Positions 1 to 11,238 of a stretch of 64,000 nucleotides of DNA are shown here, one piece after another. Position numbers and translations under genes: made by a program. Below the pieces are notes generated by a model. It ran no database searches and had not been told where the DNA came from. It worked only from the letters and a program-made list of their open reading frames with translations. Each line of letters starts with the position of its first letter. The stretch's first letter is position 1. The stretch comes from Octopus vulgaris (Eukaryota), in NCBI GenBank assembly GCA_951406725.2, contig OX597833.1:40672001-40736000 (forward strand). The letters are read 5' to 3'.

Positions 1-2917
1 AAACCAGGCAATCTATCACTGTCAAAATTTCTCTTCTTAGCTCAGCGTCGTAACAGAGCGGCATCGATTCTTTCTTCGTAGCTCATTCTTTTCTTTTTGC
101 GAATTCGACGCTCTGTGCTGATTCCCATATCAGAGTAAATTTCGGTTGAACAGACCGACGCGTCACCTACTGTTTTGTCTCTGCTTACAAGTTGAGACGT
201 TTTCAAGGCTGATAGTTTAATGGCACATTGTTGCAACTTCAGACCTTTCGTTTGGAGGTACTTTTGAGTGTCATTAATTTCAGGAAGTATATCTCTCCAA
301 AGGCCAAGAAATGACAAGAAAATAAAATGACCGCATCACCTGAAGAATTAAACCTGCATCAGAACTCGTAGTTGCGATTTCTCCATCTTCCATAAGCCGT
401 TCTAGTGCAGCGATGATTTCCGTGAATTTTGTATGTACAACTTTCACTGCATCTGCTCGACAACTCCATCTTGTTTCCCCAGCCCGTTTGATAGTTAACC
501 AGTTATCTCAATCAAGATATCCCATCGATGAGTTGAGGCTAAGAAGAATGAAAATAAACGGTCCAATGTGCCAAAGAACGTAACTGAATCTGCATCCACT
601 GAAGCTGTATGCATAGCTGCAAAAATTCAGAGAGTGATTGATGCATGGCACAAATACAATCTTTGGATCAACTTCTGTGATGCGCGCTTGAACACCGGAT
701 CGACGACCTGCCATTACTACCGCGTTATCCGCGCTTGTCCACGATAGTCTTGACTACTAATGTCGTCCATTTCTAATTGTTTCAGAATCATTAATATAAT
801 TTGCTCAATAAAACGAAGAAAGGATTCTTCTACTTTTACTTCCTGTTCATCTATTTTAACATAACGTAGCACCTGGGGAATTTGGTCAATATGAGAAATA
901 TCTGGGGTACTATCAAAAATAATGCAATAGTATTTACTCTGTTTCAGTTCATCGATAATTTTCTTTCTCACTTAATCTCCCAGGACGTTCACAAATTCAT
1001 TCTGAATTTTTGGTGAGAGACAGGAAGTTGTAAACTTAACAATTTTTACTTTAATCATGTAGTACTGGGTCGAATTTTCCAATCAGTTGAGCAAGTTCCA
1101 GAAAATTTCCTTTATTTTTATTTGCCTTCTCAACTTGAATGTCTTCTCTATGGCCTCGTAAAGCGAGTTTTTGCTTAGCAAGAAACATAATTATGTCCAA
1201 GAATCTAGTCAGGATTTGCTTCCATTTCTTTGTTTCATTTTCAACAAGAACTTGTTGCGCTTTGTCTATCACTTTGCCTTTGGAAAGGTGAATTTCTAAC
1301 TCTTTCTACTGAGTGAATGCATTCTCATGCGCAGGGTTAGATTTATGTTCTTGTATCTTAAGATTCAACTTCTACCAAGATTTGAAGCCATCAACTGAGC
1401 AAAACTTTGAGTTTTCACTTGAAAATAGCTTACAACAAAAACAAAACACGGATTCTTTCGATAGAGATTATATCATCCAAGTTCCCGTTTTGTAAAGTTC
1501 GAAAAAAACCTAGTTTCTTGATAGTCTGCTAATCTCCCCTTTCAGTTTTGTTATTTGTTCTGGACATGCAACTTATTTGAATTCACAGACAATATTTTTT
1601 GCACAGCCTTCGATCCTTGTACAAGAATTTCCCGAGTACCGTCACCGTGACTAAACTTAGCAGGCCACATCCCAATGTCTTTCAAATTAATATTAGAGTT
1701 TTGTTCTTCAGTAGTTTGTGGTGAATCAGCATCATCAACTTCATCTATCTTCTCTTCAAGTTGCATTTCATTAACATCATCTTCATGACCTACAGTAATA
1801 CCAGTTTCGTCTGGATGGTCGGGTCTGATGAGAAATTTAATTATGGCACCTTCATTTCACCTTTCTTCTCTCGTTTTTCTGTCTTTCCTTTTTTTGTTTT
1901 GTTTGAAATGCTGCACTGCTGTCCTTAATTCACTTCATCTCAAATTATATCAGTGATATCGAGAATTTATATGAATAAAACTAAATAGAGTATAGACCAA
2001 CCCACCAAAAAATCAACTTTCTGAATATCATCGACACACTGTCTTATCCAGTAACACACAATATTACTGTATTAACAATATTATACTGTATATTATACAA
2101 TATTAACACACAATACGTGGAGGCGCAGCGGACTCGCGGTCGGAGGATTGCGGTTTCGATTCCCAGACCAGGCGTTGTGTGTGTTTATTGAGCGAAAACA
2201 CCTAAAACATCTCCGCGATGCCCCGGCAGAAGGTGGTGGCGACCCCTATTGTACTCTTTCGCTCCAACTTTCTCTCACTCTTTCTTCCTGTTTCTTGAGT
2301 AACGCTGCGATGGACTGGCGTCCCGTCCAGCCGGGGTGGGGGGGAACACATACGCCATAGAAACCGGAAAACCGGGCCCATGAGCCTGGCTAGGCTTGAA
2401 AAGGGCGCATAACTAATAACTAACACACAATACAAGTTTACTGGTGATAAATTTAAATTTTAAGGAAATTTTAATAGCTACTATACATTATTAAAATCTG
2501 TAATATTCATACTGCATTTTTACTCATGATATATATTTATGTGCACATAAATCTGTCACTAATTTCCAGAACTGAAACTACAGATGTTTTCACCACAAGG
2601 GCAACACCAGATACCTTCTTATACGCCTCGCTTTTACCACTCTAGTAAAAAGTATAACAACGTAAACGCCCTTCATTCGCAAGCCTTGTTTCTGTGAATG
2701 CTGTAAAGTCCAATATTGTAGGACTGTAGATTCTTTGCTACAAGAATAGATCTTCTTTCAGGATGCGCTGTTGATTCCTTACTGAGGAAAGTTCGGATAT
2801 TTCAGCAGCCAATATTCAAAGACTTATATTTTCTCGCAGTCACAAGAGGACCACCGGGCCTAGACTGCGATGACACCTGTTGGACCTAGACCCTTTACAG
2901 TTAGTTCCAGAGCCCTT
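1..2917 (-). mobile_element. Decayed hAT DNA transposon (ZMYM1/DUF4371-like transposase, frameshifted); runs off the window start
   Basis: Minus-strand fragments FLAKQKLALRGHRE...KGNFLEL, YYCIIFDSTPDISHIDQ...LRYV, MAGRRSGVQARI...FVPCINHSLN; multiple stops and frameshifts; GC-rich subterminal motifs near 2850-2917 (end approximate). Confidence 0.85.
2117..2420 (+). mobile_element. tRNA-derived SINE with Meta-domain-like core, inserted in the hAT element
   Basis: 13-bp direct repeat taacacacaatac at 2104-2116 and 2421-2433; B-box-like GGTTTCGATTCCC; ctgcgatggactggcgtcccgtccag...gaaaccgg core. Confidence 0.8.
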
Positions 2918-3309
2918 ACTGCAATTGTCTGCATCATTTTTATTATTATTAGTCTCCAATGAATGTGGTTTGCCCTTTTAGGCTATGACTAGCTTTTCAA
3001 AAAAAAAAAAAAAGAAAAGACGAATCGAACGATAGTGATGCCGGTGCGTTAAGCGATACCTGTGTACAATGCTTTTTAAAGTGAGGAGAAGCCTTGCACA
3101 ATATCAATTCTACTCCCTGAGCAACGATGACAGATACTCCAAAAAGAAGAACTAGTCTACATTATTTGTTGTCATAGAGTCGTAAGTTTTACATCAGAGT
3201 TTTCCTTCTCATAGAGTGATGGTCCCACAAGGTTTAAGGGCAACTCATTCCCAGTAATGTGGTACACTATGCCTACATTCTCATTCCCGTGGTTCTCTGC
3301 TGACTGAAA

Positions 3310-3463
3310 ATGCCGTTCCTGCCCATTGCTGGAAAGGCATTCTTTCGATATAACTCGACAAAATCAAAACACTTCACTTTGGGTATTTCCGTGGAAGCAA
3401 ATGACAGTTCGATTCTGCTTTCTGCTTGGAAATTTTCGGATTTTACATACACACATGAAACAG
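3310..3463 (+). CDS. Candidate first coding exon of an unrecognised gene
   Basis: aaaATG start, open frame MPFLPIAGKAFFRYNSTKSKHFTLGISVE...THET, strong donor CAG|GTAAGA at 3463/3464 (phase 1), non-repetitive sequence. Confidence 0.4.
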
Positions 3464-3604
3464 GTAAGAACAAATATGCAAGGCTTTTTTTTTCTTCAAG
3501 TTTAAAATTGCCGGCATAATTTCGTTATATCCTATACTCTACAACCCACGGAAATACCCGAAGTAAAATGTCTCGACCTTGTCGAGCTATATCGAAGGAA
3601 TGCC
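3336..3604. repeat. Ungapped 59-bp inverted repeat (arms 3336-3394 and 3546-3604)
   Basis: 50/59 matches by manual alignment; all 9 differences are transitions. Confidence 0.95.
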
Positions 3605-3919
3605 GCTGAAAATATGTCAATCCTCTGCGCAGCCATTGTTTTCTGCACCAAAGTTACCTGTTTGTCGATGATTGCTGCAGGGACTACTGCTGTCCACGAG
3701 AAATAGGAAGACCAAGTTTATGTAAACAATATTGGATGGCCGTTGGTTTTAATGAGGTCATCCACCTTTTCACAGGTTTTGTTTTTCATCCAGCAATATC
3801 CATTCACTCACTTCCCTAAGCAATCTTAGTGTGCGTTGTCAGTTTAGTTGCTGACTACTCGACCATGCAGCAGGTTGTATCGCTTTACATGTCACCAGTA
3901 GCACTCACAAGCGAACTGA

Positions 3920-4505
3920 CATACATACAAACGTACACCCACACACACACCCACACATACATACAAACATACATACATACATACATACATACATACATAC
4001 ATACACACACATACATACACACACATACATATTAATACATACATACATGTGAATCTGTGCATGTGTGTGTATGTGTGTACATGCATATACACACAAGAGG
4101 GCAAACATACCTATATACATTTATACACCCATAGCTACATGCATACATATCGCAATACATTTTGTCCGATCTTGTAACAATTCTGGCAATCTACTGTCCA
4201 ATAGTGATACGGTATTTATAGACCCCGAAGGAATGAAAAGTTAAATTGATTTCTGTAGGATTTGAACTTAGAACGTAGACATCCCAAATGAATAGCACAA
4301 GTCAATTGTATCTGTTGATCTAGCGACTCTGCCAGTTAGCTTTACATACATACAATACATACATGCATGCAAATATACATATATACATACATTGCGTGCA
4401 TACATACATACATACAAACATACATACATACATACATACATACATACATACATACATACATACATACATACATACATACATACATACATACATACATACA
4501 TACAT
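3920..4505. repeat. (CATA)n/(CA)n microsatellites around a degenerate SINE
   Basis: Tracts at about 3920-4120 and 4345-4505. Confidence 0.9.
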
Positions 4506-4547
4506 CATCCACATCATAAGCAGTTGTCTGAAAATGTCATAACGGTT

Positions 4548-4995
4548 TTATCTACCGATGAGGCATGGTGTTGTAGCTAGGAAACTCTATAATAAAATCC
4601 GTCTGAAGGCTAGCTTTGAGGACAAAGAAATAGGAATCCATAGTATGGTAGAAGCCATAGCCACTCATAATAAAAAGGAGTACTGGTGGAATGTCCCAGT
4701 GAAGACTTCAATAAAATATAAGCACAACAGACTTGATATAATGATTTGGGATAGAAAATAGAAACTGTGTGCAGTTGTGGAAATTAGCTGCCCAGCAGAT
4801 GTTAACATAAAGCTGAAGGTCAGTGAAAAAGAGAATACCTATGCTGAACTTTTGAGAAATCTGCAGTTATTCTATCTAAACTACAAGTTCAGATTTATAC
4901 CTGTAATTATTGGGGCCATGGGAAATGTAATACACTGCCTAAATACCAATCTTGAGAAATTGGACTTTTCAAAACCAGAAAGGAGAAAGTGCTAA
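4548..4995 (+). mobile_element. R2/R4/NeSL-group non-LTR fragment (restriction-like endonuclease domain)
   Basis: RHGVVARKLY...YWWNVPVKT...HNRLDIMIWD...VEISCPAD...KENTY...IPVIIGAMG. Confidence 0.8.
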
Positions 4996-5394
4996 TACGG
5001 CAAAGCAGAAGAGATTCATCTTGAGAGAATGGTCAGAATATATACACAATGGTTTAACATGCAGATGATACATAATGATGATGTATGATGAATAGAACAG
5101 GAAAACAAATATGAGACATACTTCTGCTGGGGGACAGGAACATCGTACATGTCAAAGGAATAGCTGAGGTTGCCTGCGGAATAAACGTGCTCTCTGCCGA
5201 AGATCCGAACTCTATAATGCAAACACACGTCACTGAAGAAAAAGCTTCCTTATATTGCTAAGGGTAACACGCTTGGCTGGTCTGTTACGTCATGGGGTGT
5301 ACAGCCCACGTAAAGCTAGAGGGACTTGACCATTACGTGATGAGCCAAAATGTGGATACTTAAAAGGTAAAGAGCCAAACTGTGAAAATGCTTG

Positions 5395-5620
5395 TTACAT
5401 TCTTGTTTTCCTTCATCATTTTATCAACTAAAACAATGTCTGGTCTCTGAGCATCAATCACTGAATCACACTGGATTGTAAAATCCCACAAAATCTTTTA
5501 CTGATTATTCTTGATGATGCCTTCTGGTTTATGCTTGTACCTTTTCAATGTCCTTTCAAGACTGCACTTCTCATACAATCTCCGATGAATGTACTTAACT
5601 ACATTATCATGCCTCCTTTT
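5395..5620 (-). mobile_element. R4/Dong-like REL endonuclease fragment
   Basis: RRHDNVVKYIH...KILWDFTIQCDSVIDAQRPDIVLVDK. Confidence 0.8.
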
Positions 5621-5659
5621 GCATTATTGTTATTGACAAGATAGTGGGATTGCGATTGA

Positions 5660-7589
5660 ACTCCTAGAGAGGCAGATCAATGCAGTTGGATGGCGTTGTC
5701 GGATGCTGGGCTGGCGGACCAGTTAAACTGCTCGGGGCCTGGTTTGGTCCCGACCTCCAAGTGGATAAGAATTGGGAAGAGGTGACGAACGAGGTGACTT
5801 CTCTTACCCAGAAATGAGCAGGGCGGAAATGATTCCTGAAAAGTCGGGCAGAGGTGGCGAATGCCTACATCGCCTCTGTCATTATCTATCGTCTGACCGT
5901 TGTGCCTTGCCCCAGTTACTGCTTGATTAGATTGGAGCATATTCTGTTTATTTCCTTGTAGAAGGGACGCATTCCAATGGTCAGGCGGTTGGTCTGCTGC
6001 CAACTTCCTTTGCGTGGCAGCTTAGGTATGCTGTGGATTTTAATGTGCAGACACGCACTCAGGTTGCGCCACCTGCAGCGATTTCTAGAAAGTGAACGTG
6101 TGTGGACTTCGTTAGTGAGATATGCCTTTTCACAGCTCGCCCCCTTGACGGAGCTGCAGTCTTGGGTAAAGGATAGGCTGTGACTGGGCACCTGGCACTT
6201 AGAATGTCGTCAGGCGCTCATTGTCCTCTACAAGTCGGGCAATAGGATTGGTGGACGTTCCACTTTAGAAATTTACAGAGGATTAGTAGTGGCGAAATGC
6301 AACGACATCCTCAGAGAGACCCTAGGCGTCGACGAAGACGAACTGGCAAGTCTATTCTGGAGGACTTTCCAGTTAGGGACAATTATGGATAATTTCTAGA
6401 TATCTTTGGCCTGGCAGTGCTACCAGGGGGCGGGACGCTACAGGTTCAATATAAACTTTACAGGCACGATGTGCTGTCAGACAGGTATGTCCAAGGTACT
6501 CGCAGAACGACGAAACTGGTCTGCATGCACTAGTTTAGTGTCCGGACATTGCTGACTTGTGGAATCATCCGCCGAGGTCGACTTTGCCTTTCATCCTTTC
6601 GGGGTCGATTAAGTAAGTACCAGTTACGCACCGGGGTCGATATAATCGACTTAATCCCTTTGTCTGTCCTTGTTTGTCCCTTCTGTGTTTAGCCCCTTGC
6701 GGGTAGTAAAGAAATAGATTTGTGGAGTTATGTCAAACAGCTGCTGTTGTGTGTAGGACAGATCTGTCTGTTGTCCGAGTCCATAATGATGATTGCTCCG
6801 CTGCTCTCCTTTAATCGGGCTGGCAAGGCAGTTTTCCTTTGTCTGGTGGCTGTGGCTGTGAACTTGTGTGGACTTCGTTTGTGAGATATGCCTTTCCACA
6901 GCTCGTCCCCTTGACGGAGCTGCAGTCTTGGGTAAAGGATAGGCTGAGACTGGGCACCTGGCACTTAGAATGTCGTCAGGTGCTCACTGTTCTCTACAAG
7001 TCGGACAAAAGGATCGGTTGATGTTCCACTTTGGAGATTTACAGAGGTTAAGTAGTGGTGAAGTACAATGATATTCTCAAGGAGACCTTAGGTGTCGACG
7101 AAGATGAACTAGCAAGTCTATTCCGGATGAATGAGGCTGAAAGGAATGAGGACAGAAACTTTCCTCTTTGGTAAAGCTCTCATTTACTTTTTCAAGTTTC
7201 ACTTGAAATGGGGCGTGAGGGTAGAGAGGGAGATACTGTCCTCGAGTGAATTTATGAAAAAGTGGGTAAAAGTTGCGAAAAAGGCAAGAGTGGATGGTAC
7301 CACTCTCAGTGCAGATCTGTGAGTCAGAAGAAAGAAGTTGGAGTGGGCTCTCGTCCTTGGTACTCAGGGACGAGATGGCAGGGTTCCTTGATTATCTCAG
7401 GGGGATCCCATCATATTCACTTTTTTTCCCTTCTTATTCTAGTATTGTATACTATGTATTCTTCCCTTCTTCTAATCTATACTGTGTATACTTTTTATTT
7501 TATCATTCCATTATATGTAAACCCCAACACTTTATGTCTGTCTTTGTATTGTCCCCACTCATCCTTTGCCCTGGTGGCAAATAAAAGAA

Positions 7590-7590
<1 letters not shown>
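5660..7590 (+). mobile_element. Tx1/L1-clade LINE 3' fragment with internal duplication
   Basis: GSLGMLWILM..HALRLRHL, zf-RVT-like CPR...DETGLHALV.CPDIADLW, LIYFFKFHLK...FMKKW; ends in aataaaagaaa. Confidence 0.7.
6564..6716 (+). mobile_element. 5'-truncated Nin/Deu-domain-type SINE inside the Tx1 fragment
   Basis: gcctttcatcctttcggggtcga core; ttgtgga duplicated at 6557-6563 and 6720-6726. Confidence 0.85.
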
Positions 7591-7630
<40 letters not shown>

Positions 7631-7636
7631 TATTAA

Positions 7637-7850
7637 GGCCATGAGGTGGCAGAATCATTAGCATGCTGGATGAAATGCTTAGCAGTATTTCGCATGTCGC
7701 TACGTTCTGAGTTCAAATTCCACCGAGATCGACTTTTCCTTTCATCCTTTTGGGGTCGATAAATTAACTACCAGTTGAGTGTTGCCGGGGTTGATGTAAT
7801 CGACTATCTCTCTCCCCCAAATTTCAGGCCTTGTACCTATAATAGAAAGG
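7637..7850 (+). mobile_element. Nin/Deu-domain-type tRNA SINE with (ATT)n tail
   Basis: A box tggcagaatcattagc, B box gagttcaaattcc, core tttcatccttttggggtcgataaa. Confidence 0.85.
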
Positions 7851-7863
7851 ATTATTATTATTA

Positions 7864-7927
<64 letters not shown>

Positions 7928-8240
7928 GGCGTGTGGATTAGTGGTTAGGGTATTTGTGTCCATGATCGTAAGGTCACAAGATTGATTCCTAGTGGGGCAT
8001 TATGTTCTTGAGTAAGACACTATATTTCATATTGCTCCCATTCACTCAGCTGGCAAAAATAAGTTGTACCTGCATTTCAAAGGGCCAGAGGGCCAGCCAT
8101 GTCACATTCTAAGTTGCACTGAATCTGCCCGAAAACTACATTAAGGGTACACATGTCTATGGACTTGCACATTAATTTCATGACCAGGCTGTTCCATTGA
8201 TCAGATCAACTAGAACCCTCGTTGTCATAACCAATAAAGA
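7928..8240 (+). mobile_element. CORE-type tRNA SINE (octopus OR-like family)
   Basis: tagtggttaggg head, ttgagtaagacact CORE-like block, tail gatcagatcaactagaaccctcg; homologous to 36126-36445. Confidence 0.75.
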
Positions 8241-8254
8241 GATAGTATACATAC

Positions 8255-8323
<69 letters not shown>

Positions 8324-8504
8324 CGTTGTGCTTATTGTCCTGTATTTCCTTTTTTGCTTGTCTTGTTCCTTGGTTTGTGTCTATGTTTTTCGTCTCTCTA
8401 TGTGTTCGACGTCCTTTTGGTGTCCTGTACACATATATGCGTGTATATGTACATGTAGAGGTAGGTACGTACATATATGTTTATATATATGCATATATTT
8501 TATT

Positions 8505-8567
<63 letters not shown>

Positions 8568-8743
8568 CTTAAAGCTTATGGCAATCTCCATGCAATGACT
8601 AAGGAAAATAGTCTAATAAAGGGGCATATAAGCTCGCAACAGAAAAAAGAAGGCTTCAGTGAACACCATAAGCTTTAAGCTTATATAAAAATGCCCCCAT
8701 AAACTTGCTGGTCTTCTGCCAAAATTTGAAACCATTACTATTA

Positions 8744-8787
<44 letters not shown>

Positions 8788-8848
8788 TAAGGAGTTTACA
8801 GGATTGTAAAATACGACGCTGTATAACTAAACCATTCGTACCAAAAGC

Positions 8849-8887
<39 letters not shown>

Positions 8888-8953
8888 GGTCCCGGGTTGA
8901 TTCGGGGTTAACCACAGTAAATAAGGTACTCAATACATAGCAGAGTAAAATTA

Positions 8954-9075
8954 ATTTATTATATAGAAGGAGCTTCTACAGGACTAGAACTGTTTCATTC
9001 AAGAGAAATCTTCCTGAAGATTTCTCTTGAATGAAACAGTTCTAGTCCTGTAGAAGCTCCTTCTATATAATAAAT
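8954..9075. repeat. Perfect 60-bp-arm palindrome embedded in (TA)n
   Basis: 8954-9013 is the exact reverse complement of 9016-9075, with a 2-nt spacer. Confidence 0.97.
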
Positions 9076-9099
9076 ATATATATATATATATATATATAT

Positions 9100-9468
9100 T
9101 CTGCATCATGCTGAATAGTCCTGAAAACTATGTAAAGGATATGCGTACCTGTGGAGTGCTCAGCCACTTGCACATTAATTTCATGAGCAGGCTGTGCCAT
9201 TGATCAGATCAATTGGAACCCTCATCATTGTAACCGAAATAGTGCCAGATAATTGGAGGCAGTGATCTGGTAGAATGGTTAGCATGCCTGGCTAAATGCT
9301 TGGTGATATTTTGAATGTCTTTATGTCCTGAGTTCAAATTCCACCAAGGTTGACTTTGCCTTTCATCCTTTTGAAATCGATAAAATAAGTACCTGCTGAG
9401 TACTGAGGTCAATGTAATCAACTTACCTCTTCCCCTAAATTTCAGGCCTTGTACCTACAATAGAAAGA

Positions 9469-9470
<2 letters not shown>
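9100..9470 (+). mobile_element. 3' part of an OR-like SINE followed by a Nin/Deu-type SINE
   Basis: Similar to 7928-8240 and 7637-7850 respectively. Confidence 0.75.
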
Positions 9471-9516
<46 letters not shown>

Positions 9517-9554
9517 TTATTATCTTTGCACAGTTTCTAATGCTGGGCATGTAC

Positions 9555-9597
<43 letters not shown>

Positions 9598-9599
9598 TT

Positions 9600-11180
9600 C
9601 TTTTTATCACAGGTTTTTTTGGAGCTCCTGGAGTCTTGCATGTGTAGCAGGCTTACTACCTGCAGCCTACGGTACCATGCTATTTGTTCCTTTCAGCTAT
9701 CTAATACGTTCCTGATTATTCTGACCGTGCCAAGGAGGCAAAACTTTTGTAACAGTTCTACTGAGCACTCTATTCCAGTTTCCTTGTTATTCCTCTTGAT
9801 GCCTTCTGATATTGTTCGCAAGGACCCAACAATAATTGGTATTATCTCTACCTTCTTCATTTTCCATAGCTGACCTATCTCATACTTAAGAGGGTTGTAT
9901 TTATCTATCTTTTTACCTTCCTTCTTGACTATTCGTGGGTCAAAGGAGCATGCAACATTAACTATATAGCATATGTGGTGCACCTTGTCACCCACAACAA
10001 GGTCCAATCTGTTACGCTCTAGTACCTGATCTGTCTGGATTGGGAAATCCCAGAGGATTTTGCTAGTCTCTGGCTCTGTCACTCTCTGCGGCTTGTGTTC
10101 ATACCAGGTCTTGCCTCTCTCTAGCCCCCACTTTTTGCACAGTTTCCATTGTAGCACTTTTACTACCAGGTCATGTTGCCACAACTTGTAGTGGCTTTGG
10201 GCAAGTCTAGGGTATTCGTTTGTGATATTGGCAATGGTTTTATCCACTCTATTGCAGATGCCTGGAGAAGGACATCATGCTCGGAATGGTCAGTGGCAAT
10301 AGAGGAAGAGGCCGACCAAGAACCCGCTGGCTTGACACCATCAAGAGGGATACCGGAATGGACATAGCCAATCTGAAAGAAGCAGCCCAGGATAGAACTG
10401 ACTGGAGGACACTGATCCAATGAGTGACCAAGAGTCGACTTCGACTGAGCGGATAGATAGATAGATTGCAGATGCAGCACAGCGGAGATACTTGCTCATT
10501 CCTCAGGTTGACCCTCCAGTACATGACCTGAGCTTGGTCCTGCACTGCCACTATAGTGCTCTCAGTCACTTTTTTTTAGGGTTCCTTTCATCAGCCAATC
10601 CCACCTATTTTTTCCAGAAGGTTTTGTTGTGGCTACATGGAATTGATTATGTAGTCCTTTCTTGCATAATTCTTCTTTATGTCCTTTTTGTACTTCTTCC
10701 TTTGTTTTCCCTTTTTTCTCTGCTCTCAATACTCCCTTGTTCCTAACTGTCACTAGCAAGGATTCCTTACTTTGGACTAGGTATCTCATTAAGCTCTCAA
10801 GTTCGATACACATGCAGTCTTCCACACTTATCAGTCCCCTTCCTCCATTTTCTCTCTTCATGTATAGGCAATCAGTGTCTGCACATGGATGATGTGCACC
10901 ATGCATCGTTAGGAGCTTTCTTGACTTCCTGTCCATCTCCTTTAGGTCCTCCTCTGTCCACTTCAGGATTCCAGTGCCATACCAAACTGCTGTGACTGCA
11001 CGCAAGTTTATTGCCAAAATTATGTTTTTGGCACTCAGCTTTAAAGCCAATATTTTTCTCACCACAGGTATTCTCTTTTTGTCTTTTCCTTCATGTTGTG
11101 GTGTTTGATTCCATCTGCCTCAAGTAATCCCAGGTATTTATAGCTGGACTGAGGTTGAATTGCCTTCATCATTTCACCAA
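9600..11180 (-). mobile_element. R4/Dong-clade non-LTR retrotransposon 3' fragment (RT C-terminus, CCHC remnant, REL endonuclease)
   Basis: YKYLG, LYMKRENGGRGLISVED, TESTIVAVQDQA, KILWDFPIQTD...NRLDLVV...KKIDKY...IPIIVGSL; (TAA)n tail. Confidence 0.9.
10262..10464 (+). mobile_element. RTE/BovB-like LINE 3' end inserted in the Dong element
   Basis: LEKDIMLGMVSGNRGRGRPRTRWLD...AAQDRTDWR; (GATA)n tail; 11-bp TSD attgcagatgc at 10251-10261 and 10465-10475. Confidence 0.9.
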
Positions 11181-11187
11181 TTAGTAT

Positions 11188-11238
<51 letters not shown>

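Noticed and set aside
42-1860. Host ZMYM1-like gene
   Set aside because: Numerous stops and frameshifts without splice signals; a decayed transposase
3829-4580. MYVC/HTYI ORFs (and similar ones throughout the track)
   Set aside because: Microsatellite translations
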